A stretch of 62,920 bases of DNA, filler included, from Octopus bimaculoides (GCF_001194135.2; 4 parts of 3 records of this genome joined end to end with filler, not necessarily neighbours in it); one strand, 5' to 3'. Counted from the whole stretch's first letter, positions 1 through 14,189 are shown. Made by a program: numbers and translations. Notes: a model not told the origin generated them from the letters alone.

Positions 1-109
1 ACGTATATGCTTATATATATATACATACATATATACATATATATATATGTATAAGTATAAGTATATATGTGCTTATATGTGTGTGTGCATATATATATCT
101 ATATCTGTA

Positions 110-165
<56 letters not shown>

Positions 166-559
166 CTCTATCTAACTATCTATCTACCTTTCTATCTAGG
201 AAAGTACTATGTATTTGTGTATCTGTGCAAGTACCTTTGTATGCATATGTATATATGCATATATATATTCTTTTCAATGCATGCACCACTCTTTATATCG
301 CTGGTTATCTGATTACTAAAGCTATGATTAATCTAAACATTTTTCTTGTTCAGCCCTGACAGGAAATATCTGTTATGGTAACCAACAAAGACTAAAGCGC
401 TATATCGCTATATTTTTCTATATAGGTTTTCCTTTATATGTGTACTTCTACATCAACTGACCTCTTTGAACTCGTATTCATCTATGATGATGTTCTCTAT
501 TTTCTACACAATTCGCATTTTGCTTGGATTTTTGCTTTACATTCTAAATCAACTTTCAA

Positions 560-1030
560 CGAATGCTTTTTAACTCGTATGTCACATAGCATAACAGCTT
601 TACGACTCTGTCTTTCCTACCCCATCCCTCAGAGCAACCAGTGTTTCTTTGAAAGTTTCCACTTTCTCTGCCTAAGCAAATTTCGAGATCTCCATTTAAG
701 AATATCTAATCGGTCTAGCAAGAGTTGTCTGTGTAAGATCTCACATCAAATATATTTGTTCCAAAGATCACTCTTTCATACTCGACCTCCTTCGATCTTG
801 AATAGAAAGAAAATTCTTCCAACATCACCTTTTACTGAAACCATCATCGTGGGCGATTTCAAAGCGTACAAGTTCTTTGTGGCTCGCCAACTCTCCTCCT
901 TCTTTATTCTGAATATGACCGCCATTGAAGCTGAAATCGTTGGAAAATATTAATGACTTTTCTCCACTATTCATACATCTTACCCAGACTCTTGATCGTG
1001 TCTACATCATATAGCGTCAACAACCATCAC
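560..1030 (+). mobile_element. Degenerate LINE (CR1/L2-like) AP-endonuclease fragment
   Basis: Translation includes ETIIVGDFKAY (IIVGDFNAH motif of LINE EEP endonucleases), followed by frameshifted remnants; resembles the copy at 30.6-31.2 kb. Confidence 0.55.
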
Positions 1031-1643
1031 ACTATCGTACAAGCACAGATGCGCACACATAAAGATACATCCTTACTCTGTATGAGACACACTCTCCCTG
1101 ACATAAATTATTACAACACAAACGTACTTGTACACACACACACACACACACACAGACGAACGAATTTACATGTACACGAGGCACATTAGCTTGTGCACAA
1201 GTTCGGACAAATACATCTATTACTAAGTGCGTACATAGCTTCATCTCCCGCCTTTAGTTAAAAATTTGCATAAATACTTGCTTCCATGGACACGTATAAG
1301 CATGTATATATGTTTGCAGGCATGAATATAGATAAACAGTGTCGAAACTTCCTTACATATTCTTTGCACATCTTCGTTGTTGATATGATGTTGAGATCCA
1401 ATAGTGATCTATCTACTCAAGATATATTCTCTAGAATAAATCCAGCTTAAATACATAGGACAGTGAAGTATTATCTTTGGTGAGTACCTTGTTTGGAATT
1501 GTCGACTATCTATCAAATCGTCCATCTTTCTGTCCAGTTGCCTTAATTTCTCTGTTTTTCTTTGTCGTTCCGCTATACGAACACATACACATGCGCGCGC
1601 GCACACAGGTACACACGACCGCACATACACACGCACACACATA

Positions 1644-1684
<41 letters not shown>

Positions 1685-2575
1685 ATATATATACATACAT
1701 ATATATATACGCATATATGTATGTAAGTATATATATATATATGTAAATATATATATATATNNNNNNNNNNNNNNNNNNNNNNNNNNNNNNNNNNNNNNNN
1801 NNNNNNNNNNNNNNNNNNNNNNNNNNNNNNNNNNNNNNNNNNNNNNNNNNNNNNNNNNNNNNNNNNNNNNNNNNNNNNNNNNNNNNNNNNNNNNNNNNNN
1901 NNNNNNNNNNNNNNNNNNNNNNNNNNNNNNNNNNNNNNNNNNNNNNNNNNNNNNNNNNNNNNNNNNNNNNNNNNNNNNNNNNNNNNNNNNNNNNNNNNNN
2001 NNNNNNNNNNNNNNNNNNNNNNNNNNNNNNNNNNNNNNNNNNNNNNNNNNNNNNNNNNNNNNNNNNNNNNNNNNNNNNNNNNNNNNNNNNNNNNNNNNNN
2101 NNNNNNNNNNNNNNNNNNNNNNNNNNNNNNNNNNNNNNNNNNNNNNNNNNNNNNNNNNNNNNNNNNNNNNNNNNNNNNNNNNNNNNNNNNNNNNNNNNNN
2201 NNNNNNNNNNNNNNNNNNNNNNNNNNNNNNNNNNNNNNNNNNNNNNNNNNNNNNNNNNNNNNNNNNNNNNNNNNNNNNNNNNNNNNNNNNNNNNNNNNNN
2301 NNNNNNNNNNNNNNNNNNNNNNNNNNNNNNNNNNNNNNNNNNNNNNNNNNNNNNNNNNNNNNNNNNNNNNNNNNNNNNNNNNNNNNNNNNNNNNNNNNNN
2401 NNNNNNNNNNNNNNNNNNNNNNNNNNNNNNNNNNNNNNNNNNNNNNNNNNNNNNNNNNNNNNNNNNNNNNNNNNNNNNNNNNNNNNNNNNNNNNNNNNNN
2501 NNNNNNNNNNNNNNNNNNNNNNNNNNNNNNNNNNNNNNNNNNNNNNNNNNNNNNNNNNNNNNNNNNNNNNNNNNN

Positions 2576-2628
<53 letters not shown>

Positions 2629-5281
2629 ATACCCACATACTCGCACAAATACATATTTGTGTGTTTGAGTGTAATATGTGTATGTGTGGAAAATGCTAGA
2701 ATAAATTCTACTTACGTCCTACTTTCGATTTCCACCACCGTCTACTTTGCCTTTCTTTCTCCGAATATTGATAAAATGAGGATCAAACAAGTACTAGGCA
2801 TCATATAATTGCTTCCTCCCTTCAGTTTGTCCAGTGTTGTATTCGTATTGGAAATCAATATTACGTTAAGTGAAGGCCAGTTAGTGAATTAAAACTATGG
2901 CTATGATATGATAGAAATGATAATGTAATCGCTTCAAATGCCATATATATTTCGTTATATTTCTCAGGCTTTGCGTTCGGATCCCATTGGTACATGTTCT
3001 ATTGATTTAATTTCATAAGAAGAGAAGTAGACAACAGTCTTATTGAATTTTAATTTCTTGTCTCCTGACATACAAATGAAGTACTAGTCATATAATTAAA
3101 CCGATTGAATTAGCTGGATCGAATTTACTCAGCAACGCTGCTCCTACAAGGCTATAATTTGAAATATGAAGGCTATCTCTGTGTACCGTAAACACACCAA
3201 GACCGCAGTCGGTCGTAGGAAGGCTCTTGCAAAATTTTCAGAATCTTCCCGCGTTTCCTTCCTGAACTATCACGGCTCTGTGAGCAGAACTCAGCAAAGA
3301 AATTCCTTCATAGCTGCTGCTTGATTTTTGTCCAAATCCACGATGCACCCTATATCTTCGTTAAACTCCTTTTTCACCTACTTCATCACATACACATAAA
3401 CATCAAGTACGAAAGCAGTTCTGGTTGTCTCAGACCAGCTAGTCCACTGACCCTGATAATGTCATGTTCATTACCCTCAAATAATGTGCCCTTGAACTAG
3501 CACCAGCCTCACCAAATTCTTACATCCCTAATCCTGCAAGGATATATTTCTATAGAGATATACCGCTCCCTTCTTTCCCATGCTCAAGAATGAGAAATTT
3601 TCTGACTCCATTAACTATTAATATGTCGTCTGATTTTCACAAATTATCACAAAGGTAACGGAGACTGTTATTAAAAATCGTACTCTCCAAACCTTTGAAT
3701 CTCCTCCTTTAATGATAACCATTACAGTTTCCATAGATACAATTCTGCTGGAGACCCTCGCTCTTATATCCCTGAACTTTGGGATGTCTGCTTTAAAATT
3801 TAGAAAAATACTTTTTTGTCGCACCTAACTGTAAAACATTCAACTGTTTATGGTATGCAGATATAAGAGCTCAATTCCGGTTATTTCTCGCCATTTCAAT
3901 ATGAGCTACCCATGAAATAATTCGCGAAAGAAAATCTCAAAAGTGTCTTTGAACAAGATTGGGACAATCTGTTTTCCTTCACCAGCCCAAAGACATGTAT
4001 TTTCTACAATTTATCAAAGCTTTTTTCACTCTCTCTCACACACTTTATAGTCTTCCTAATTTGTCGAGAGAAAGAAGTAAGAAGCTAATGATTAAAATAG
4101 GATCAAAAAGGAAACATACGCCATTCATTGGCTTTATGGTATAATGCTGATGGCCCCCACAAACACTTTTAGACTACCAATACAGAGAGCTTTTCCGGCT
4201 GCTTAGGATGAGGACTGAACTATTCTGTTTTACTGCCTTTGCAGGCTATCGACGTCTGCTTCACTTTATTATCTTGTACAGAAGTATTCACATTTTAATA
4301 AGTCGACTTCCGAATCCCGATGAAGTGTAAAACTAAACATGGTCGGTCCGATTATTATCGCAATCTGCCGAATAAGCCCACACGATACGAATTCTACAAT
4401 GAGACTAAAATATATATGAATATGATTCCGCGTATCAAAATAAAAGCAGTTTTTGAGTTAGCACGCGTGACTGAAATGTCACTGAAATCGTCATCCTCCG
4501 GCTGTTAGTTTAGGATGTTCACTCTGATGATTAAATCCTTAGAAATATTTTACATGGATGTTAGTAGAACTCTCCTACATTAAATAAATTATTTCTAATG
4601 GAACTGCAATTAATTCAGTTATGATGCATCGGCTTACTTTCGTCGGATACTGCAATAATTACCATACAATGCATTTTGTATATCGACTGAAATGCTTGGC
4701 TCCTGACTGAGAAATCACGTACAGCTTAAACTACAAAGAACACTACTGTCTATATGTATATTCACTTTACTGGCAGAAGAAACGTCCCCGGGCGGTTTTC
4801 TGCTAGCCGCCTGATAATATTTTCATATTTGATTCCCAATTCTAAGAATTTTTATGATATTTTACGTCTGATTATTTCTTTGTATAATAGTGACCACTTG
4901 CTTAATAAATATTGCTTTCATTATTTTATCACAATCAAGTTCTCTCTTATTTAAACAAACATCAACGTAGTCCAACTATGGAACGGGAGGCAGTTTGTCA
5001 AATTTTACCTTCCGCTCAAAACAACATACAGATTTCAATTCAGCATCCCATCTGTAAGCTTTGCAGTATGAACAAACATTGTAAAAGAGGCTTCCTGCAT
5101 TATGTGGCTGTACAATAGAGAGGACAGGCTATTGTTGAGAATTATCGAAACTGGCTTTCATTGCTAAACATTTAAAAAATTTCTTCCTAGTTTGAGAATT
5201 TTTTCGTCTGTACTCCTACTGTAAATATTTAGTTTCGTCTCTTAGCACCCTATTTATTGACAGTGGTGTTTCTGCTTGTAC

Positions 5282-5541
5282 CTTGGAAGGCTTCTCATTT
5301 GATACTGATTATCAACAAGCAGCTGAAGAGTTACAGACAATGAAAGCTGACTCAGTAGCTTATTTTGAAGTAGAATAGCGTCCGCTCGAGATATCCTAAC
5401 CAGTCGGTCATGTATAGCGGAAACACAATCATCTCCACATCTACATGCGTATTCAGACATTTGTTTCAGTCGCTTTGCTCCGGTTTTATCTGATTCAGTT
5501 GTCTGTCTTTCTCTCTGCCGTCGTTCCGTTTTCGATCGCAT
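5282..5541 (-). CDS. Possible first coding exon, unknown protein (MRSKTERRQRERQ...QMRSLP)
   Basis: Non-repetitive 87-codon open frame, A-rich context before ATG, weak donor CCAAG|GTACAA; no compatible downstream exon found, no recognised homology. Confidence 0.2.
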
Positions 5542-5640
5542 ATTTTTTTGGTCGCCCCTTGTTAAATTGCAAAATTCTAATGTGATATTTGTGTAATAGA
5601 GAAATCAAACTTAGAATGTGTGTGTGTTTATATTAGAGAG

Positions 5641-5710
<70 letters not shown>

Positions 5711-6766
5711 CAGAGAGGCAGAGAGAGGAGAAGAGGGAAAGAGGGGAAAGAGAATATTGCAAACAATGAATGAAATAAATATGAAATGAAAAAAATCGTA
5801 TAAATAAAGATTGTTAAAAACTATCTTGTACCGAATATTTAAATTTGTGAACTTGAAATATTCAATAATAAAAAGAAGTTCAGAAAGTAAATTTGCATGT
5901 AAACTTCAATTTATAAAAAATCTCAGTTGCTTAGTATATATTTCTTTCAGTTATGTATCGTAGTTGTAATATATCTCTAATTTAAACAAACTTCAAGGTA
6001 ACCCCGCTACGTTTAGCGTGCTAGAGATAGCAGCGATCACGTAGTTATCATTGTAAGGCTTATAGCGTTCCAAACAGCCATAACAACAAAATCACGTCTT
6101 AATTATATATATATATATATATATATANNNNNNNNNNNNNNNNNNNNNNNNNNNNNNNNNNNNNNNNNNNNNNNNNNNNNNNNNNNNNNNNNNNNNNNNN
6201 NNNNNNNNNNNNNNNNNNNNNNNNNNNNNNNNNNNNNNNNNNNNNNNNNNNNNNNNNNNNNNNNNNNNNNNNNNNNNNNNNNNNNNNNNNNNNNNNNNNN
6301 NNNNNNNNNNNNNNNNNNNNNNNNNNNNNNNNNNNNNNNNNNNNNNNNNNNNNNNNNNNNNNNNNNNNNNNNNNNNNNNNNNNNNNNNNNNNNNNNNNNN
6401 NNNNNNNNNNNNNNNNNNNNNNNNNNNNNNNNNNNNNNNNNNNNNNNNNNNNNNNNNNNNNNNNNNNNNNNNNNNNNNNNNNNNNNNNNNNNNNNNNNNN
6501 NNNNNNNNNNNNNNNNNNNNNNNNNNNNNNNNNNNNNNNNNNNNNNNNNNNNNNNNNNNNNNNNNNNNNNNNNNNNNNNNNNNNNNNNNNNNNNNNNNNN
6601 NNNNNNNNNNNNNNNNNNNNNNNNNNNNNNNNNNNNNNNNNNNNNNNNNNNNNNNNNNNNNNNNNNNNNNNNNNNNNNNNNNNNNNNNNNNNNNNNNNNN
6701 NNNNNNNNNNNNNNNNNNNNNNNNNNNNNNNNNNNNNNNNNNNNNNNNNNNNNNNNNNNNNNNNNN

Positions 6767-6819
<53 letters not shown>

Positions 6820-8104
6820 CTGCAAATGAAACCGGAAAATTTCGCCTGCAACAAATTATTATTGTTTACTAAATATTAAATTCAAATCTACTCCGCACTG
6901 AATGCAAAGAATATTTTAATTTGTGAAAAACTTGTAGTTCAAATATTCAATAAACTTCAGGAATCGAAATTACAAGGAACTTCTTTGAACATGAATTTAT
7001 AAAGAAATTTCCTGGTGATTAAGCCTTTAATAATTGCTTTCTTTTAGTAACTTTTACATACCTAATTTATTAGTTTTCTCTACTGTAATATAGATATCAA
7101 CTGGAATTCATAATCTTGAATCCATTACTTTTTTCATTGATCTTTAAGTGGTGGCCACTCTCATAGATTAATCCTTGTTGCTGTTTCTATTTCAAATCAA
7201 AGATAGAACCACGTTATTTCTAGCATCTCAGAGAAGTTATGTTTGGTTGGCTAGGTGTATCTAGAACAGCTTCTTTACGTTGTCGTGTTTCCCATTGCAT
7301 TTCATTGGATTTAAAAGATACACATTTTGTGGACTGTTATTTAAAATTGTAAGCATTTCAGATATTATTTTCAAAATGTTTAATGATAATAGCCTGCAAC
7401 TGTATGGTGAATGTCCTCGCCTCTGCTGCTTCATTTAGCTAGATTTACACGTGCTAGCTAGAGCTGACATTTATTAACGTGAATAGCATTCAGTTCACAG
7501 AAGCGGCCTTGTAAAGCATGCCTTTATAGTTAGCTGTTATACTTGCCGTATGAAAGTTTTTACTGCTTGTTAGATTTAGATTTGTTGTGACGTTCTATTC
7601 ACTACCTTATGTATATTATTACCGTTACTTTTACAATTCATAGTTTGAAAAAATACAGCAACATGTTTCTTTCTTAAAATAGGATTAAGGTATGTACTGG
7701 AAGTTCACAGAAACGAAATTTCCTGTAGCTGAAAAATATGAACTTGCAAAGTATCACAATCTCTATTAATCAGCGAGGAAACATCTACGGGATTCAGCAA
7801 GTAAACCTCTATGTGACCTAATGAAGGAGCCTCGATATCGTTGTTCCTTCGTCTAGAAATAGCAGCTAAGTCTTCCTTGTATCACACTCTAGCATCTCTA
7901 AAACATTCAGACACATTATATAATGTAATGACAAATAAGACGCGATGATTGCAACTGGAACGCTTTTTTTAGAGGTCTGCTTGATGAGGACAGTTCCCTC
8001 CGGAATTGATGACAATGACAACAACGACGTCCAGTACGAAGTGTACCGACACTAACTAATGTTATTCTTTGTTTCATCAGTAACGTGAATATTCATCAGC
8101 GATA

Positions 8105-9100
8105 AGTCAGGTAACCTCCTTGTATCCAAGGTTTGCCCAGATTATCCTGTTCCCGGTGTTGTGCATACAGTCAGCCAGGTTCTTCTTTCCATTCCATTCT
8201 TTGATATCCTCAGCCGGCAAATGTCTTTGATGGCCTTTTCTATCATCCCTTCGACACTTCCCATCAAGATGATCCTAGATAATGACACGTGGCGTATTGT
8301 ATGTTCAAAATATGATAGCTTTGTGAACTTGATTCTCGACACTAGGTGTCTTTGAACTTTTAGCTTTCTAGTGCTACCGCATTTCTTACTCTGTCTTTTC
8401 AGCTTATCTTGCTCAATCTGCAAAAGATTTACAACTTGAAGGCTTCTATCTTCTGTATAGCTGTGTACATTGTCCAAGTTTCTGCTCCGTAGAGGATAAT
8501 TTGATACTTTACTAGCCTCAAATTTAGATGGAATGTTATGTCTTGTGAGGTTAAAACCTTTTTTTATACATAAATGTTTTAGCCTTATTCATTCTTTGAT
8601 TAACTTCTTCAAAGTGACCTTAATTTATTATGTCGTAAATGCTTGAAGTGTTTTTACTTACTCAAACTTCTGTCCAACTGTATGTTTGCTTCATTTGTTC
8701 TCTCTTATTAATAATCATTCTGTTTGTCTTTTTTACATTCTTATTTAGACCTTTCTTGTCACATTATTCTTTCACAACATCTACAATTTCTTGTAATTTC
8801 TCGTTGCTGTCTGCCAAGAACGCTGTATCACCAGCATATCTTACATTGTTTATGTTCATGCCATTGACTGCTAATCCTTTGATCTCATTTCACTTTCTGA
8901 ATATATACTCAGTATAGATATTAAATCGGTATGGTGATAATACACATTCTTGTCTTACACCTCTTTTGATCTCTGATGGTTCTGATATGAATATTACTAT
9001 CCTTATTAACACCATCACCACTAAAAATGGACGAACATTTTGTATAATATAATTCGTTGTAAAATCAGGAGAAACAGTCATGGCTGGATCGCCTTTGATC
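8105..9100 (-). mobile_element. RTE-clade LINE, 3' part (RT C-terminal domains and tail), degenerate
   Basis: IKRGVRQECVLSPYRFNIYTEYIF (GVRQGCVLSP motif), frameshifted YADD region, KLSYFEHTIRH...ILMGSVEG C-terminal motif. Confidence 0.85.
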
Positions 9101-9320
9101 GTAGGCCTGCAATATGATGGCTTCTATAAAGATAACGAGCAACAGCAACAATACTAGGAGTGTCTGTACTGACACTATCATTGGTAAGTTAATCGGTAAC
9201 ATGAATAAGTAGCAGCCATTATGAATATTATCACGTTCAACGTTGCAGTGCTGGCGTTCATTTCTATTTTGCAACATTCCTAAATAATTTGCAACGTTGC
9301 AACGTTCAATCATTGCGCAG

Positions 9321-9321
<1 letters not shown>

Positions 9322-9387
<66 letters not shown>

Positions 9388-9831
9388 GCTACTACTACTA
9401 CCACCGTTGCTGCTTCTATTGCCGCTGATGCTACCGCTGCTTCTGCTGAAATTACAGCAACAACAGCTATAACAACTACAACTACAACAACAAAAACTAC
9501 TACTACTACATCTATTACAACTACTAATACTTCTTTTAGTAGTACTTCTACTACTGCTGCTCTTTCCGCTGCAGCTACATTTTCTGCTACTACTGCTGTT
9601 ACTAATACACTACAACTATAAAACAGCAGCAGTAGTAGTAGTAGTAGTAGTATCACGGTCACTACCTTCACCATTACCAATAGCATGATGATGATTACCA
9701 TCATCAACGTCATCATCGTTTGCCGTCGTCATTGTCATCATCGTCATCATCATCATCATCATCATCATCATCTTCTTCATCATCGTCGTCACTAGTGGTA
9801 GCAGCAACAGCAGCAGCAGCAGTAGCAGTAA

Positions 9832-9900
<69 letters not shown>

Positions 9901-9915
9901 CAGTAGCAGCAGCAG
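9322..9915. repeat. Compound trinucleotide microsatellite (ACT)n/(CAT)n/(AGT)n/(CAG)n
   Basis: Direct reading; source of the poly-T/V/L ORFs. Confidence 0.95.
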
Positions 9916-10334
9916 CAAGCATATCTATGAATATCTCCAGACAGTGACTGGCTAACAGATATTATCGTGTTAGCTATCGTGACGCTGATGCCTAAAACGA
10001 ACTAACAAAGAAAAACATTTTGATGACGCAATGAATTTTAACCTAACAACGACATATATATAGAAAGACTTGTTTTATAGCGGTCGATATCTAAGAGGAC
10101 ACATCGGAACAGTGTGCATTGTGGGAGGAAAGTTGCCAAGACAGATGATTGAAGCACTCTTCTAATGGCAGTCTCAGACCAGAATCTGCCAACTAAGCGA
10201 AACGAATGTTAATTTATCGACCAGAATGTTTATTCAGGAAAGAGTTGTGATTGTACAAAGAATTCCCAAAGTTTCTGGGAAACTTATATGATGGTTTTAA
10301 GGAAATATGTCGCTATGTGATCGTCTTTGGAAGA

Positions 10335-10563
10335 GATGAGAAGCTGATAATGATGTAGATGCTACTGTGCCGCTGATGATGATGATAATGAGGATGATGA
10401 TGATGATGAGGATGACGATGAAGAAGATGGTGAAGGAGACAATGAAAGAGGAAAAAGAGAAAATAATGATAATACTAATAATAACATCATCAACAATAAC
10501 AAGAACGACGACGACGAAGACGATGATGATGATGATGACGACGACGATGATGATGATGATGAG

Positions 10564-10596
<33 letters not shown>

Positions 10597-10736
10597 GGTG
10601 GTGATGATGATGATGAGGAGGAGGAGGATGAGGAGGATGAGGATATGATGATGATGATGGTGATGATGATGATGATGATGATGATGACGACGATGATGAT
10701 GATGATGATGATGATAATGATGATGATGATGATGAT
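10335..10736. repeat. Degenerate (GAT)n microsatellite abutting a Tx1 3' end
   Basis: Direct reading. Confidence 0.95.
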
Positions 10737-12240
10737 TTCTTTTATTTGCCACGAAGCCGAGCGATGAAGGGGCAGAATTCAAAGATAAACATAAAATGTG
10801 AGTGTTTATATACAGTGGAATAATGAAATAAATAACAAAAGAAAAAAAAGAAATAATAAGTATGCACGGTATACAATGAAAAGGAATGGAAATATACATA
10901 ATATAAAAAGGTAAAAAAAGAAAAAAAAAAGAGAAATGAGAGTGATGTAGTCCTGATACAGGAGGGCTTTTAGGGTAAATCGAGGAATCCGACCGCCCAA
11001 GATCTCCCTGAACACTAAGGACAAGTGCTCTCTCCAATTCCCTTTCTCCGACCCACAGGTCTACAGGTCTACACTTAGAGAGATACCATCTACTCTGGCC
11101 ATTTTCTCAACTTTCATCCACCTTTCAATAAATTCACTCCATGATTGCAGCCCCCTCTGCACTCTCATTTTCCTTTTCAAGTCAAATTTGAAGAAGTCGA
11201 TGAAGCCTCTCCTATAGCGGAATGTGACACTCCTCATGCCTTTCAACGTCGTATACCGGACGATCTCTTTCCCCACATGGTCAGACATAGTGTGTCCATC
11301 CTCAAATGGACTAAGGAGAAAATATCAACACTTGATAGAAAGACGTGGGATTTGATGACACTGCATGGGGCGCTAGACTCTAAAGCAAATGTAAACAGAC
11401 TGTAAATGAAAAGAAAGAATAGTGGCAGAGGACTAATTAGTATAGGCCATTGTATAAGGAGTGAAAGGAGAACGCTTGCCGAGTATTTGATAAATAGTGA
11501 TGAAGACCTGCTGCAATATGCCGTGAATGATATGGGTGTAAATGCAGATGAAATGATGGGCAGGAAGAGTTTAATGAAAGAGATGAGGAGAAGAGAAAAG
11601 AAGACCTTCTTGAAATGAGAATGTATGGACAGTTTGAAAGGAATACACAAGATGTTAAGGATAATACATCATCGTGGGCATGGCTTGCGCGAGGTGATTT
11701 GAAGCGTACCACCGAAGCCTGATCATTGCTGCACCAGACCAGGCTCTCGCTACCAATTCAGTGAAGTATAACATCTGTAAAACGTCTGACGCCCAGAAAT
11801 GCAGACTCTGTGGAAAGAGTGCGGAAAATGTGACCCACTTAGTAAATGGATGTGAGATTTTAACTATGGATCCAATCGATTGACGGATCCATCATAAAAG
11901 TGACAAAAGGTGTTCAACATAACTCCGCATGATAGCAATGCTCGGGCACTGGACGAGTGCATGCAGAATGGAATCGTTGCTTTGACCGTATTTCAAGCGT
12001 CTGACTGATTGCACGTCAATGACTGTAGAGTTTTTGTTTGAACCTAGAATTTCTGGAAATTATCTGTGGGATCCTACCTGGAAGTCCTTCAGATTACACG
12101 AGCAGTTTCATCGAAACTTGGGGTTTTCTCGAGAACATTATCGTCCTTGATCATCACTAATCCTTTATAGAACGCCAAAGTGGAACTTTCACCTATCGGA
12201 TTGCTTAACCAACATGAATCAGTAACCACCTGACGACATT
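10736..12240 (-). mobile_element. Tx1/L1-type LINE 3' portion, interrupted by a Dong fragment
   Basis: 11880-12050 reads GQSNDSILHALVQCPSIAIMRSYVEHLLS (HxxxxC knuckle); 11061-11288 reads GKEIVRYTTLKG...FFKFDLKRKMRVQR...FIERWMKV; T-rich 3' UTR ending AAATAAAAGAAA then (ATC)n. Confidence 0.7.
11286..11860 (+). mobile_element. R4/Dong-type LINE internal fragment (late RT to CCHC finger)
   Basis: LDRKTWDLMTLHGALDSKANVNRL*MKRKNSGRGLISI, WAWLARGDLKRTTEA, KCRLCGKSAENVTHLVNGC. Confidence 0.85.
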
Positions 12241-12244
12241 TCCA

Positions 12245-13330
12245 GGGTCGGCTGAAAAGTTCATAGGCAAACCAAGATACTTTTATAGAATGTGACTAAT
12301 TGAGGTTTCTTTCTCAACATAGCCCCCTTGCGTTTCATATACTTCTTTCATCAGCGGTGCATTGCTTGGCTCCCATTGATGAAAAGCTTTCATTATGTTG
12401 CTCAAAAACGTCATCAAATACAGATATGACGTTATCATCACTGCGATACTGCTTCTCAGACAGGTGTTTTTCATGTTGGGGAACATATGATAATCAGATG
12501 GGGCCAAATTAACAGAATAAGGAGGATGATCATCTAGTTTAAAACCGCAGTCACGCACAGTAGCCATTGAAAGCAAGGACTTGAGTGCTGGTGCATTGTT
12601 CTGATGAAACAAAACCCCTTTCGTTGGGACAATGCCGAGCGTTTGGTCTTCATAGCTTCTATTGTTGGCGTGGCCTTTTTGAAGATAATCAACAAATATA
12701 TGTAGTTTACATCCTCACAAAACTGTTTTCCTCTTCCTTGTATATGAAGTCACCTTGGCCTTATTAGATCAAGAGAGGAGGGCTTTTTCCACTGCATGCT
12801 GTTACTTTGTCCCTGGCTTAAGTGATGAACATATCCTGGGTTAGGAGACATTCAATGAAACCATCGGGATCTGTCTCAAAGCTGGACCTTTCTGTGATGT
12901 GATCAGTCTGGTGCGTTTTTCATCAGATGTCAGATTATGTGGGGCCCACGAAAAGATACCATCGTCATACGAAGTTCATTGTGCAGAATATTTTCAACTC
13001 TCTCACGAGATATACTAACACTATTGACCATTTGATTTATAGTCAATCGCCCGTTACTCATCATTATGCGGTGAACATGATCAATGTTTTCCTCGGTGGT
13101 GACAGTTGCAGTACTTCCAGACAGTAGGTCAGTTTCAAAATTCTCCCTTCTTCTGAATTCATCTGCCTACTTTTTCCCTGTTGATAAAGCTGGAGCAACA
13201 TCCCCTTATGCAGCAACCATGTCATTGGCTCATAGCTTTCTCCCGGCTCTCCAGATCCCTGCAGTAATATTAGACGGTAGGAACCTGCTTCACTAGATGC
13301 AAATCTAGAGGCCGACTGACTTTTCTTGAT
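12245..13330 (-). mobile_element. Mariner transposon, near full-length, degenerate
   Basis: FHQNNAPA...DHPPYSVNLAPSDYHMFPNMK; N-terminal remnants TTEENIDHVHRIMM and SISRERVENILHNELRM; TIR-like CAGGGTCGGCTGAAAAGTTCATAGGC at about 12243-12268. Confidence 0.85.
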
Positions 13331-13371
13331 AGCATTTTGTCAGACGCAATCACGATTCGTTAAGTTCGACG

Positions 13372-13382
13372 CCTTACTACTA

Positions 13383-13421
<39 letters not shown>

Positions 13422-13579
13422 TTGCTGCTGTTGCTGCTGTTGCTGCTGCTGCTGTTGCTGCTGCTGCAGCTACTACTAGTACTACTACTACTNNNNNNNN
13501 NNNNNNNNNNNNNNNNNNNNNNNNNCTTCTTCTTCTTCTTCTTCTTCTTCTTCTTCTTCTTCTTCTTCTTCTTCTTCTT

Positions 13580-13647
<68 letters not shown>

Positions 13648-13648
13648 G
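13372..13648. repeat. Compound microsatellite (CTA)(CTG)(CTT)(TTA) with internal gap
   Basis: Direct reading. Confidence 0.95.
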
Positions 13649-13660
13649 ATTATCATTCTT

Positions 13661-14189
13661 GAGTGACAGAGCAATGCATGCCATCAAAGTGACACTGTTA
13701 GAATATACAAAGCCCGGTATACACGTCTGATAAGGGTACACAAGACATGCATCACAACCATATATGCGCGACATGGTGATCTTATATTAAGATAAGCATC
13801 GTATGATCTTGTTGGTGGGGCCCACTTAGAATTTTCTTCAGATTCAGTAACCCGTTCAACTCAAAAGGTCCTTGAATAAGGGCTAATTAAGGATGTTGAA
13901 CGAAACACTAATGTTTCCAGAGGTGAATTATGCAAATCTCCAAAGAATTCCTCTCAACACATAGCTATGATGCTCTCCAACTACTTCTGCTCGTGAATCA
14001 GAGATGCACATAGGATCAGCCAGCAAGGGACATGCTCAACTGGTTACGGTAAAAAAACTGACAGGCAAATCTGTGGTATTGAGCAGAATATTTGCTGTAG
14101 CCCATCTTTTATACCAACATAAAACATGTACAAGATAACTCTTCCAATCAGCTAAGATCAGAAGCCACGCGAGCCAGTGTCTGGTACTG

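Noticed and set aside
1409-2654. Long ORFs in the track crossing N runs (also 6.1, 20.7, 25.4, 43.2, 50.3, 51.3, 59.4 kb)
   Set aside because: Open only because N has no stop codons
3618-3824. 68-codon minus-strand ORF as a continuation of the 5282-5541 exon
   Set aside because: Splice phase incompatible (early stops) and no recognisable product
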